This document shows positions 43,999 to 58,785 of a stretch of 64,000 nucleotides of DNA, in pieces (positions within the stretch are counted from its first letter, which is position 1; each line of letters begins with the position of its first letter). The notes under the pieces are model-generated. The model had not been told where the DNA came from. It saw only the letters and a list, made by a program, of their open reading frames with translations, and did not search any database. This DNA is from Dictyostelium discoideum (lineage: Eukaryota), in NCBI GenBank assembly GCA_000004695.1, contig CM000152.2:1216001-1280000 (forward strand), written 5' to 3'. The position numbers were made by a program, and so were the translations under genes.

Positions 43999-44744
43999 AA
44001 TCCCCTTTGAACTATACCTTTAATTGTAAAAAATATATTTGGTTCACAAGAATGATTTAATAAAGCTGGTTTATAGAAATAACCATTTGAAATTGGTTTA
44101 CGATTAAAGTCATTTGAAAGACCAGAGAATGAATTAATATAGATTGAAGAAATTATTTGTAAAAACTCATCTTTATTAAAGATTGCTAATAATGATGGAT
44201 CAGAATTCTCTTGTTGTAATTGATTGATAAATTGTTGGAAATTAATATCATACTTTTCAATGAATGATTTATTAATTTCAATGAATTTCTCTAATTGATT
44301 TGAAAGTTTACCAACTGTTTCTTGATATTTATCACTTTCAATCTTATTTCTAATCATTATTCTCAATGCCAATAAACATGTTGATACATCACATTCATTC
44401 TTTATTGATGATTCAATCAATTTATTAATGAATGAACATTCCAATTGATGTGTCATATCATTTGAACAAATTTCTGAACAAAACCACATATTACATCCAA
44501 ATTTACATTGAATTGATTTATTATTTGTTTGTTGTGGTTGTTGGGATGGTTGTTGTACTTGTTCAACTTCCGATTGTTTACAACATAAGAAACAGTAATC
44601 TTTGTTCATATGAAATTCTAATGGAATTGATGCAAATGATTCTTCTGGGAATAATAATTCTCCAACTTTAATTTCATTTGTAGCTACAACAAAATTTCCT
44701 CTTTCATCATTATTATTTACTAATTTACATTTATCTGTAATCAT
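42942..44744 (-). CDS. SET and MYND domain-containing (SMYD-family) lysine methyltransferase-like protein, 2 exons: complement(42942..43906, 44018..44744)
   Basis: MYND-type zinc finger (CFLCCKQ...CKFGCNMWFCSEICSN...HQLEC) is inserted in the SET domain. ...NHSCEPNIFFTIK is then split by a 111-bp intron (GTATAG 44017 ... TTTTTATAG 43907) from |DKNLEMRACKKIEKDEEIVDSYVDLL... (post-SET signature). A Cys cluster CKCSRCSDS follows. Confidence 0.75.
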
Positions 44745-45225
44745 TTTTTTGATTATTGTTGGAAATTAGAAAAAAAAAAAATAAAAAAAAATAAAAAAAA
44801 AAAAATTTTCGTTCGTTTTTTTTTTTTTTTATTTTTTTTTTTATTTTTACCTTTCCTTTTTTTTTTTTTTTTTTTTACCACACACACGTCATTATTTATT
44901 TTTATTTTTTATTTTTTATTTTTTGTTTTTATTTTTTTTATTTTTTTTTTTTTAAGTAAATTACAGGGTGTTACTATTTTTATTTTTACTATAAATTTGG
45001 TTTTTTTTTTGTTTTGTTTTTATTTTATTTTTTACTATTTTTTTTTTTTTTTTTTGTGAATTTTCAAATTAAAAAAAGATTTTTATTTTTAATTTTTTTT
45101 TTTTTTATTTTTAATTTTTTTTTTTTTTTAATTTTTTAAAAATTTTTTTTTTTTTTTTTTCCTTTTTTTTTTTTTATTCAAAATTTTATAGGTTTATAAA
45201 TATATATATAAAGAAAATAAAAAAA

Positions 45226-45756
45226 ATGAACGGTCAAGGAAAGTATGTAGGATTTGGAAATGAAAAATCATCATCAGATTCACCATTTCCAGAATTACGT
45301 TCCAATTGGAGGGAACTCATTTATTTAAGATCTTGGCAAGCATCAGGTTTTGTTACAGTTTTATATTATTTCAGCTTTTTAGTTGGATTAATGTATTTCA
45401 TTCAAAACATTGTATTATTCACTAGAGACCTTGGTGCAGGTGGTTTCTTCCTTGGTTTACTCTATGGTACTTTGTATTTCATTAGTTTTATTTTAGCCGC
45501 TCGTATCGTTTCAGAAATCGTTTTATCAATTTTCGATATTAGAGATAACATTTACAGAATTTCAGCAAGCTCTGGTCCATCCATTGTTTCAAGTGGTCCA
45601 TCAACTTCATCATATCAAGGTTCATACCAACAACCAACTTATCAACCACCACAACCATCCCAACAACAACAACAACCATCCCAACAACAATCTTACCAAC
45701 AATCATCTTCAACTGAATTCCCAAAATACCAAGAACCATATCAAGGTAACCTTTAA
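45226..45756 (+). CDS. small membrane protein (two predicted TM helices, Gln/Pro-rich C-terminus); possibly DUF4282-like
   Basis: Single 176-aa ORF. Hydrophobic segments FVTVLYYFSFLVGLMYFIQNIVLF and GGFFLGLLYGTLYFISFILAA, then RIVSEIVLSIFDIRDNIYRI. The domain guess is from memory only. Confidence 0.55.
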   Translation: MNGQGKYVGFGNEKSSSDSPFPELRSNWRELIYLRSWQASGFVTVLYYFSFLVGLMYFIQNIVLFTRDLGAGGFFLGLLYGTLYFISFILAARIVSEIVLSIFDIRDNIYRISASSGPSIVSSGPSTSSYQGSYQQPTYQPPQPSQQQQQPSQQQSYQQSSSTEFPKYQEPYQGNL

Positions 45757-45827
45757 ATAATTTTTTATTTATTTAAAAATCAAGACCAAATGAAAATAAA
45801 AAAAAAAATAAAAAAAAATTAAAACAA

Positions 45828-45860
<33 letters not shown>

Positions 45861-46148
45861 AATTGTTTTGTAAGACTTAATTTTTTATTATTATTTTATT
45901 TTATTTTATTTTATTTTTTTCTTTTCTTGGTGTGAAAATTATTTAAAAATAATAATAATAATAATATTGATAATAATAATAATTATGTGATCAAATTTGA
46001 TGGATTTTATTTTAAGATATTTTTTTTTTTTTTTTTTTTTTTTCTTTGGTTGCAAATCTATGGAGAGAAAGCTGGTTTGTTAAGAATATTTATTAAAAAA
46101 TGGTATAAAATAAATTAGTATTATTTTATTTTATTATTTTATTTTTTT

Positions 46149-46283
46149 TTAAAAAAAAAAAAAATTACAATTTGGTTTTTTTTTTGGTTGCGTAACCAAG
46201 GGTGCGGGGGGAGCAACTGCTGGCTTTGGAATTGTAGCCCTCATATTGTTAGAATTTGTTACACCATTTCCTGCAAAATTCAT
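46149..46283 (-). CDS. putative small ORF a (44 codons, MNFAGNGVTNSNNMRATIPKPAVAPPAPLVTQPKKKPN...) overlapping an unusually GC-rich island; alternatively a structured ncRNA
   Basis: Minus-strand ATG 46283-46281. GC-rich core 46186-46242 (GGTTGCGTAACC hairpin, CCCCCC run) uses codons that are rare for this genome. A conserved upstream element lies about 160 bp 5' on the minus strand (plus coordinates 46441-46452). Confidence 0.2.
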   Translation of the reverse strand: MNFAGNGVTNSNNMRATIPKPAVAPPAPLVTQPKKKPNCNFFFF

Positions 46284-46618
46284 TTTTTTTTTTTATTTCT
46301 ATTGTTTGTTGTTTTTATTAAAAAAATTATAATTAAATTAGAAAAATAAAAAAAATTTTTCACTCAAAATAATAAAAATATTGACCAAAAAAAAAAAATA
46401 AAAAAAAAAAAAGAAAAAAAATATCTAAAAAAAAAAAAAATCTAAAATATCTTTTTGTTGTGATCCTTACAGGATATTGGAAAAAAAAATATTCATACGA
46501 AATTTTTTTTTTTATTTTTTTATTTTTTTATTTTTTTATATTTTTATTTTTTTATATTTTTTGTTTTTAATTTTTTTTTTTTTCTTTAAACTTTGTCAAC
46601 ATTTATTTGACCAAATAT

Positions 46619-46649
<31 letters not shown>

Positions 46650-46787
46650 TGAATTAATAAATATATTTTTTTGAATTTGTAATTTCTTATAAGGCAAATT
46701 TTTTTGGATCTTTTGAAATTGATAATTAAATTTTTTAAATTTTAGTGATTGTTAAATAATTATTTTTTAGAATTTGTTTTTTTATTA

Positions 46788-46895
46788 TCAATTATAAAAC
46801 TTACCAATTGTAATTACACCATTTGGAGGTGAAATTTTTTTATTGCCACCATTTCCTTGGTGATGAAGATTTGGGGAAATTTTTATTTTTAACAT
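46788..46895 (-). CDS. putative small ORF b (MLKIKISPNLHHQGNGGNKKISPPNGVITIG...), contains a GTAAGT donor after codon 30
   Basis: Minus-strand ATG 46895-46893. Shares the strings GGAAATGGTG / AAATGGTGTAA with ORF a. Conserved upstream element about 140 bp 5' (plus coordinates 47033-47047). Confidence 0.2.
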   Translation of the reverse strand: MLKIKISPNLHHQGNGGNKKISPPNGVITIGKFYN

Positions 46896-46939
46896 TTTAT
46901 TTTAATTGATTATGGAAGTATATTTTTGTGTTTCAAGAA

Positions 46940-46975
<36 letters not shown>

Positions 46976-47359
46976 TTTTTTTATGTTTACAAAAAAAATA
47001 AAAATATAAAAATTAAAAAAAAAAAAAAAAAAAATCTAAAAATATCTAGGTTTGTATAAAATACCAAAAATTTTAATCAAAAAAAAAAAAATATTGGTTT
47101 TTTGATTTATTTTAATTTTTAATAGACATGTTTAAGCTGTGAAATTATCACCATTATCTATTATTATTATCATTATTATTATTGTTATTATTATAATTAT
47201 TATAGATTAAATAGAAAAACTTTTTTTAATTTATTTAAATATTTAATAAATGTGAAACACCTTTTGGTATTTGTTTAGATTGTAAAACTAGGACTTCCCT
47301 CTATTAAAAAAAAAAAAAAAAAAAATTAATAAATGATCTAATTAATTACTATTCCACTT

Positions 47360-47494
47360 TTTATTTTAAAGATTGGTTGATATACAAACTTCCTGGTTTT
47401 GGTGCTGCTGCTGGTGGAGTGGGTTTAAAAAAGATTTGATTTTTATTACTATTTCCTCCTGGACAGATTGCAGTGGATGGCAGAGTGAAAGTCA
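47360..47494 (-). CDS. putative small ORF c (MTFTLPSTAICPGGNSNKNQIFFKPTPPAAAPKPGSLYINQSLK)
   Basis: Minus-strand ATG 47494-47492. Pro/Ala-rich KPTPPAAAPKPG resembles IPKPAVAPPAP in ORF a. Conserved upstream element about 150 bp 5' (plus coordinates 47643-47657). Confidence 0.2.
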
Positions 47495-47610
47495 TTGTTG
47501 AGAAATAAAAAAGTAATGATGATGGGAATGAAATAAAAAAAAAAAAAAAAATTAAAAAAAATAAGAGTTATTATTGTGTGGGATGAAAAAAAAAAATAAA
47601 AAAAAAAAAA

Positions 47611-47644
<34 letters not shown>

Positions 47645-48353
47645 TCTGAAAATATCTTTTTTATTTGTACATTTGCACTTTTTTTAAAAAAATATTTTCA
47701 TTTTTATTTTATTTTTTTTTATTTTCCATTTATATTTATTTTATTGTTTTTTTAAAAAAAAAGATAATTGATTGGATATAATTAAAATAATTAAATAGTT
47801 ACCTCTCTTATTTTTAATTATTATTATTATTTTTTTTTAATTTTTAAATCCAAATAAATGAATTGAATCTGGATTATTATAGGTTTTTTTTCTTTTTAAT
47901 AATTAAATTAGAAATAAAAAAAAAAAAAATATATTTATATATACCGATTCAGTCAAATAAATTATATTATTTTATTTTATTTATTTTTTATTCAAAATAA
48001 TCTATTTTTTTTAAATAAAATATATTCCCTCTCCTTTTTCCTCAAAATATAAAACAATTACAAAAAATGAATAATAATTAAATTCTAAAAATGAAATTTT
48101 TGATTAAAAAAATAAATAAATAAAATAAAAATAAAAATAAAAATTGATGATTAAAATAAGTTTTTATTCTTTTTTTATTTATTTGAAAAGGTGACACATT
48201 TATTATTTTTTAATTTTTTTAATTTTTTCAAAAAAAAAAAAATAAAAAAAAAAAAAAAAAAAAAAAATTGAAAAAAAAAGAATAAAAATATTTATTTTGT
48301 CATTGGCAATACCAATAATATAACTTTTCATAAAACAAGTTTTATCTCTAAAA

Positions 48354-48486
48354 ATGTGGATTTCCAAAACCAGTAAACCTAATGGATTATTTTTATTTTT
48401 TAGGCCAATATTAAGAAACCCATATTTTGTACTTGAAAAACAAAATACAAATTATTTAATCACAGGTAACATTACCTTCAATAATT

Positions 48487-48520
<34 letters not shown>

Positions 48521-49280
48521 TTTACTTATTTTTTAAAAAAAAAACAATTTTCCTAACTAATAATTTTTTTAAAAAAAAAAGATAAAAGATTTTTACCAAA
48601 AGAATTTTTTTCAAATAAAAATTTTCAATCAAGTATTATTAAAAATAAAAATGATGATGATTATGATTATGATAGTAATAATAATGAAAAATCAATAAAG
48701 AATTTTTTTAAAACATTAAAAGATAAAGATATTAAAGGTGCTTTCAAGGATTTCAAAGAGAAACAAGCTTCAATCACATTAGGTTTCAAAGAGAATAAAG
48801 AAGAATTTGCAAATTTACAAAAAATGCATGACCAAAAACCATTACCACCATTAAATGAAAATGATAAAAAAGCAATGGAACAATTTGGTTTACCAGGTAA
48901 TGATATAATGGTACCATTTATATCATTAACAAATAATGGAAATAATAATAACAATAATAATAATAATAATAACAATAATAATATGATGGGACCAAGACAA
49001 TATAGTTTTTTAACCAAATTGTGGGTTCGTATTATTCCATATGTACCAGTATCATGGTTATTAAGACCAAATGAATCTTATAGAATCCTTTCAACCATTG
49101 ACCCATTAGAACCAACTTTAATATCAACCTCTTCAAATTTTAAAGATATTCAACATCATTGGAACCTTATCGATAAAGAACTCTATAATAGTTTAAAGGT
49201 CTTACCAACAACCTTTGAGAAAAATCATCGTTTAGATTCTTTCTTAAATATTAAACTTCATTCTTTTCCAACTCGTCCTG

Positions 49281-49291
<11 letters not shown>
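48354..49291 (+). CDS. hypothetical protein (about 272 aa) with presequence-like N-terminus, 2 exons: 48354..48465, 48588..49291
   Basis: ATG 48354 (MWISKTSKPNGLFLFFRPILRNPYFVLEK...). GTAACA donor at 48466 (phase 1). Of two nearby AGs, only the acceptor ending at 48587 keeps the frame of the 48824..49291 ORF. Poly-N tract. C-terminal WVRIIPYVPVSWLLRPNESYRIL. No family recognised. Confidence 0.55.
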
Positions 49292-49323
<32 letters not shown>

Positions 49324-49393
49324 ATAGTTTTTTTTTATTTTTAAATAATAAATTTATTATTATTATTATTATTATTGTTTTTTTTTTTAAATT

Positions 49394-51160
49394 TTAAGAT
49401 GCCTCTGGAGAATCGAATAGTTTTTTACATTCATCTTCCATAAAATCTTTATAAACTTCGAATCTATGATTTAAGGATTTTTCAGTATGAATTTTTAGAT
49501 AGGAACCCAAGCCACCATCTCTACTACTTGAACCATATACAACTCTTTTAACTCTACTATGAACTAGAGCCATTGAGCACATTATGCAGGGCTCTTTAGT
49601 TATAAATAAATGAAAGTTTGTCGCTAAATATTGTCCAAGATTTACAAAACTTAAAATATTACATTCTTCTTTTTCTTCTTTTTCTTCTTTTTCTTCTTTT
49701 TCTTTTTCTTCATCATTATCATTACAAATTTCATTTTCATTTTTATTTTCATTTTTATTTTCATTTTCGTTTCGATTTTCAAATTGTTTCTCTTTTTCAA
49801 ATTTTTTTTGTTCTTTCATTTGTTTTTTAATATCATCAACTTGTTCAGTTGATAATTTATTGGTTATTGTCATTATACAATGAGAAATGATTGGTGAAAT
49901 ATATTGAGTCTCTGAGATTTCAGGTGTTTCGTCCACTGATATTCTATTGGTTTGATCATATGATGTTGCAACGATTTTATTAGTATTTGGGTCAATTAAA
50001 ACTGCACCAATTCCTTTATGACCTCTCTTTTTACCAATCTCAGCTTGCTCAATAGCTAATGACATATACTTTCTCATTTCTAATAATGTTTCATCTTTTA
50101 CATTTGATATTAATGGTGTTGAACTATTATTATTATTAATATTATTATTATTATTATTATTATAAAGATGGTTAGTACAAAACAATATGAATAAAAAAAA
50201 AAAAAAAAGAAAATAATAAAAAAATAAAAAAATCATACAAAATATGAGCTCTAAATACACATGGCCAAATATTATAATTCCAATCCTCCCATATTTCATA
50301 AAGCAAAGGTGGATATTTTGGTACTTTTTCAATTGAAACTATAAAATCATTACTTTTTATAAATTTAATAATTCCTTTTTGTTCATTTGATAATGATTGA
50401 TATTCACTATCATCATCATTACCTATAAATTTAATTTCACCCAACTCTTTATCATATTCAACATTCTCTAATATAATCTTTAAATTCTTAAATCTAGATT
50501 CACCACAAATTAATAATTGTAATAAATTACCTGTTTGTGATGATTGTTTTGTTGAATTTTTTGAAACTTTATTATCTTTTTCTACTTCTTCTTCTTCCTC
50601 TTCTTTATGTTTATCTTTTTCTTTATCACCATCAACAATTGTAGTTGATGGTGGAGGTGGTGATGGTTTCTTTTTTATTTTCTTTAAATGATTAAATTCA
50701 GAGGTGAAATCATCATTAATAATGTGTGATAATGTTTTTATATGTTTATTTGCTGTTTGTGCTAATATATCAATCACATATATATTATCTAATAATATTA
50801 TTAAAGAAGTGAGAATTAGAACTTGAGATGTTTTTTTTTTAATCTTTTAATTTTTTAATTTTTTTTTTTTTTTTACAAACCTAAAACCAAACCATATTCC
50901 TCAAAATCGTCCAAAACTGGTTTAACTTGAGTTTTTATTCTTTTTAAAAATTCATTTTCTTCTTCGGTGAATTTTGGTGTTTCAACTTTATTTTTATTAT
51001 TTTTACTGGTGTTTACTTTCTTTTGTTTATTTGATTCTTTTTTATTATTTTCACTTTTATTTATATTATTATTATCATCAATTATTTTAGTATTAATATC
51101 TAAATTAGTTTCTGATTGTTGTGTCATTTCATTATGATCTCTTTTATGAATACTACGCAT
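49394..51160 (-). CDS. adat3: tRNA-specific adenosine deaminase subunit 3-like (ADAT3/Tad3; CDA fold with His-Cys-Ile in place of catalytic H-A-E), 3 exons: complement(49394..50123, 50239..50788, 50881..51160)
   Basis: C-terminal exon has GAVLIDP...SHCIMT...PCIMCSMALVHSRVKRVVYG. The middle ORF 50172..50777 has no ATG anywhere (the track's M is GTG), so it must be an internal exon. The upstream 95-aa ORF ends in a G|GTTTGT donor (50880). It joins through a TTATTAG acceptor (50789) in frame: ...KPVLDDFEEYGLVL|DNIYVIDILAQTANKH, which resembles the Tad3 N-domain (PVLSE..VELVLAYAAPVLDK). Second intron: GTATGA 50238 ... AATAATAG 50124. Confidence 0.7.
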
Positions 51161-51359
51161 AGTTATTTGTATACATTAAAAAAAAAAAAAAAAAAAAAAT
51201 AATAAAAAAAAAGTTATAAGAACGAGAAATGAAAAATTAAAAAATTAAAAAAAACGTTTGGGAAATTTTTTTTTTATGTTTTTTTTTTTTTTTGACCCAC
51301 AATTTTTGGTGTATATATTTATTTATTAAAGGAAAATCTTAATTTTATTTTATTTTTGG

Positions 51360-51390
<31 letters not shown>

Positions 51391-51447
51391 TAAGAATTGA
51401 AAAAAAAAAAGAATTGAAAAAAAGAAAAAAAAAAAAAAAAATTATTA

Positions 51448-52800
51448 TTATTTCATAGATTTTGGTACAGATTTTTTATAATATGGTATTGAATTTGATT
51501 CTTTTAATCTTCTATAAGCTTCTCTAATATGTCTTGGACGAATTGGTCCAGTTTCTCTCCATTCTTCCATGATTGATCTTGCCAATTCAACTATTTCACC
51601 AACGAAAACCTTTGCAATACCACCCATAACAATTGCAGAGGTTTGATTTACAGGTGCAGATAAAACTGATTGCATAACTTTTTTAATATTTGCACGTTGA
51701 AATGATGATCTTTTATAATATTCGAATCTAGTTTGTTGATCTTCTGAAAAATGTTTAATCAATGTATTCATTTGAGTATTCTCTCTAACTTGCATTTCTG
51801 AAAGATTGAATGTTGATTCATCATCGTCATCATCATTACCCTCACCTTCTGATGAATCAGAGTCTGAATCAGAGTCAGAATCAGAATCAGAATCAGAGTC
51901 AGAATCATCTGAATCCGATTCGTCAGAATCCGAATCATCAGAGTCTTCATCAGAATCTTCATCACTACCACTACCACTTCCATCTTCATCGTCATCGTCT
52001 GATTGTAATCTACCTCTATTTTTATTTTTTTGAAATATTTTTTTTCTTTTTCTATTACTTTTTTCAAAATCTGAATCACTTTCACTTTCTTCATCTTCAT
52101 CTTCATCCTCATCTTCTTCATCATTATTATTATTGTTATTTTTCTTTTTATTTTTTGAATTATTATCATCGTCATCATCATCCTCATCTTCATCATCATC
52201 GTTATCAGCACTTTCATCATCTTCAGATTGTTCTATTTTTTTTGAAGTTTTATTTACTGTTGGTTTTTTATTAGCCGATGCTGTTGAAGGTGTTGATATA
52301 CGTTGTTTCTTTGTTGATTGTGAAGGTGATGGTAAATCTAAAATACTTGGTGTACTTGGTTGACTATTAGATGTTGATGTAGATGATGTTGAGGTTGTTG
52401 CTGTTGTGGTGGTTGTGGTTGCTGTTGTTGGTGGTGGTGGTGTACCTAATGGAGGTGCAACTGTTGTAACTGATTGTTGTGCTGCTAATTGTTTCTTTGT
52501 TAATTTCTTTGGTTTTTGTTCTTTTGTATCTTTTTGATCTTTTGGTTCTTTAGGAGTTGCAGGTGTTTTCTTTTCTTTTGATACCTTTGGTTCTTTTGAT
52601 TCTTTTGATTGTTTTGGTTGTTTTGGTTCTTTAGTTTGTTTTGGTTCTTTTGGTTGTTTTGGTTCTTTAGTTTTTGTTACTTTTGGTTCTTTAGGTGTAG
52701 TTGTTTTCTTTTCTTTATTCTCTTTAGCTTTTGGTGTTTTCTTTTCTTTACCAGTTGATCCTGGTGAAGCTATATCCATCATTGGTTGTGATTCTGACAT
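51448..52800 (-). CDS. taf11: TFIID subunit TAF11 (histone-fold), with long Lys/Pro-rich and acidic Ser/Asp-rich N-terminal region
   Basis: ATG 52800-52798 verified. C-terminal FEYYKRSSFQRANIKKVMQSVL...QTSAIVMGGIAKVFVGEIVELARSIMEEWRETGPIRPRHIREAYRRLK matches the TAF11 histone-fold (YRRSAFPKAAIKRLIQ...VIAMSGISKVFVGEVVEEA...HMREAVRRLK). Confidence 0.8.
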   Translation of the reverse strand: MSESQPMMDIASPGSTGKEKKTPKAKENKEKKTTTPKEPKVTKTKEPKQPKEPKQTKEPKQPKQSKESKEPKVSKEKKTPATPKEPKDQKDTKEQKPKKLTKKQLAAQQSVTTVAPPLGTPPPPTTATTTTTTATTSTSSTSTSNSQPSTPSILDLPSPSQSTKKQRISTPSTASANKKPTVNKTSKKIEQSEDDESADNDDDEDEDDDDDDNNSKNKKKNNNNNNDEEDEDEDEDEESESDSDFEKSNRKRKKIFQKNKNRGRLQSDDDDEDGSGSGSDEDSDEDSDDSDSDESDSDDSDSDSDSDSDSDSDSDSSEGEGNDDDDDESTFNLSEMQVRENTQMNTLIKHFSEDQQTRFEYYKRSSFQRANIKKVMQSVLSAPVNQTSAIVMGGIAKVFVGEIVELARSIMEEWRETGPIRPRHIREAYRRLKESNSIPYYKKSVPKSMK

Positions 52801-53373
52801 CTTTTTTTTAAAAATTTATATATATTTACTTATTTATTTATTTAAATTCAAACTCATTTATACAAATACAAAGTTTGAAAATAATTAAAAAAAAATGAAA
52901 AAAATAAAAAAAAAAAAATAAAAAAATTTTGGGTGTGAAAATGAAAATTAAAAAAAAATAAAAAAATAAAAAAAATTATGGTATTTATTAATTACAACTA
53001 GTTTTATTTATTTTAAATAATTTTTGTTTTAAATTAAGTAGTTTTTTTTTTTTTTTTTTGTTTCAAATACAATTTTCTTTTTATTTATTTTTTTTAATAA
53101 AATTTTTATATTAAAAAAAAAAAAAATTTAATTTAAAAAGAGTATTTGAATTTTAATCTAGGAAAAATTTGTGAAATTAAATAATAACTTTATATTTAAT
53201 TCGTTATCTGAAATTTTTCCAAAAAAAAAATAAAACAAAAATTATTATTAAAATAGATAAGAAACTAAAAAAAGTAATTAAAAAAAAAAAAAAAAAAATA
53301 ACAAACTATAAAAAAAAAAAAGGAAAAAAATAATAAATATTATTTTATTATTTTTATTAATTTAACACATAGA

Positions 53374-57426
<4,053 letters not shown>

Positions 57427-58785
57427 TTGACAAGTATATTCTTTTTTTTAATCTTTTTTTTTTTTTAATCTTTTTTTTTTTTTTTTTTTTTTTGGATAAA
57501 AAAAAAAAAAATTAAATATTGAAAAAAAGAAAAAGAAGAAAAAAAAAAAAAAAAACAATTTAGTATAAGTGATACACTATTATTTATAAATACCACAAAT
57601 ACAGAAAATTGGTTTTTTATTTTTTTATTTATTTCTTTTTTTTTATTTGTGTGTGTTTTTAATCGATTTATGTTACTGAAAAAAAAATAGAAAAAAAAAT
57701 TTTTTTTGAAAAACAAAAAAAAAAAAAAATGAAAATAAATAAAAAAAAAAATAACTAACTATCGTGAGAGCTTAAAATTTTTTAAAATAAAATAAAATAA
57801 AATAAATATTAAGTTAAAAAAAGGAAAAAAAAGAAAAGAAAGGGAAATTTTGACCAACAACCTTTTTTGGTTTTTTTTTTTTTTTTTTTTCTTTTTTTTT
57901 TCTTTTAACTTATTATTTTTTTTTTTTTTTTTTTTTTATTTTTTTTTTTCTTTTTATTTTTAAAATTTATTTTTAAAATTTATTTTTATTTTTTTTTTTT
58001 TTTTTTTTTTTTTTTTCCCAAATGGAAATAATTAAAAATAAAATTTAAACAAATCAAAAAATAAAAAAAATTCTTTTTTTGGTATTGAAATAATAATTTT
58101 TATTATTACAAACTTAATTTAAATTAATTAATTAATTTTAAATCACACTTTATAATTGTTAACTATTTTTATTATTATTTTTTTATAATTTTTGGTTTTA
58201 TCTTAAAAATAAAATAACCAAACGTAATGTAATAGATAATCTGATTATTAATATATTTGCAAAGAAAAAAAAAAAAAATCAAAACTATTTAAATGAGTTA
58301 TTTGAAAATTATCTCTTTTTTTTTTTTTTTAATTTGTTTTAATTTATTTTTCATTTTGAAATTTTTTGATTAACTTTGAATTCAAGTTTTTTTTTTTTTT
58401 TTTCCCAAAAATAAACAATCTAATAATAAAAATAAAAATAAAACTACAATTACATATTTAAAGATGAAGAAGAAACTACAACAAATGATGCCAACTATAA
58501 TATACATGTAGCATATGATTCAGGTAGGAATGTGTTGCTCAAACTCATTAATTAAATCAACACCAAGTAATACTCTCCGCTTAACATCAAAAACAAAATA
58601 AAATAGAAAATTTTTTTTTTATTTTTTTTTTTTTAATTTTTTTTTATTTTTTTTTTATTTTTTTTTTTTTTTTTAAATTAAATTTTTTTAATGAACATCA
58701 AAAATTTTTTTTTTTTTTTCAATCAATTTTTTTTTTTTTTCATAAAATTTTTACACACACATATATATTTATATAAATTACAAAA

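Larger units (their letters stand above)
46421..47660 (-). promoter_or_regulatory. three copies of the conserved element AGATATTTT(N)AGATTTTT followed by oligo(dT) (minus-strand reading), each about 140-165 bp upstream of small ORFs a, b and c
   Basis: Plus-strand copies: AATCTAAAATATCT (46440-46452), AATCTAAAAATATCT (47033-47047), AATCTGAAAATATCT (47643-47657). Each is preceded by 15-25 A. Spacing is about 600 bp. Confidence 0.3.

Noticed and set aside
46060-46329. Plus-strand micro-protein MERKL|GAGGATAGFGIVALILLEFVTPFPAKF..., built by splicing 46060-46074 to 46201 onward
   Set aside because: The model needs a weak CCAAG acceptor, uses very rare GC-rich codons, and runs into an oligo-T tract (FFFF). 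I kept it only as an alternative reading of the GC island, which fits a structured RNA or the minus-strand small ORF a better.
50777-50777. ORF-track start codons at 50777 (GTG) and 63955 (TTG) shown as Met
   Set aside because: Direct reading shows non-ATG triplets. Dictyostelium nuclear genes initiate at ATG. The first is an internal exon of ADAT3. The second ORF continues upstream past the window edge.
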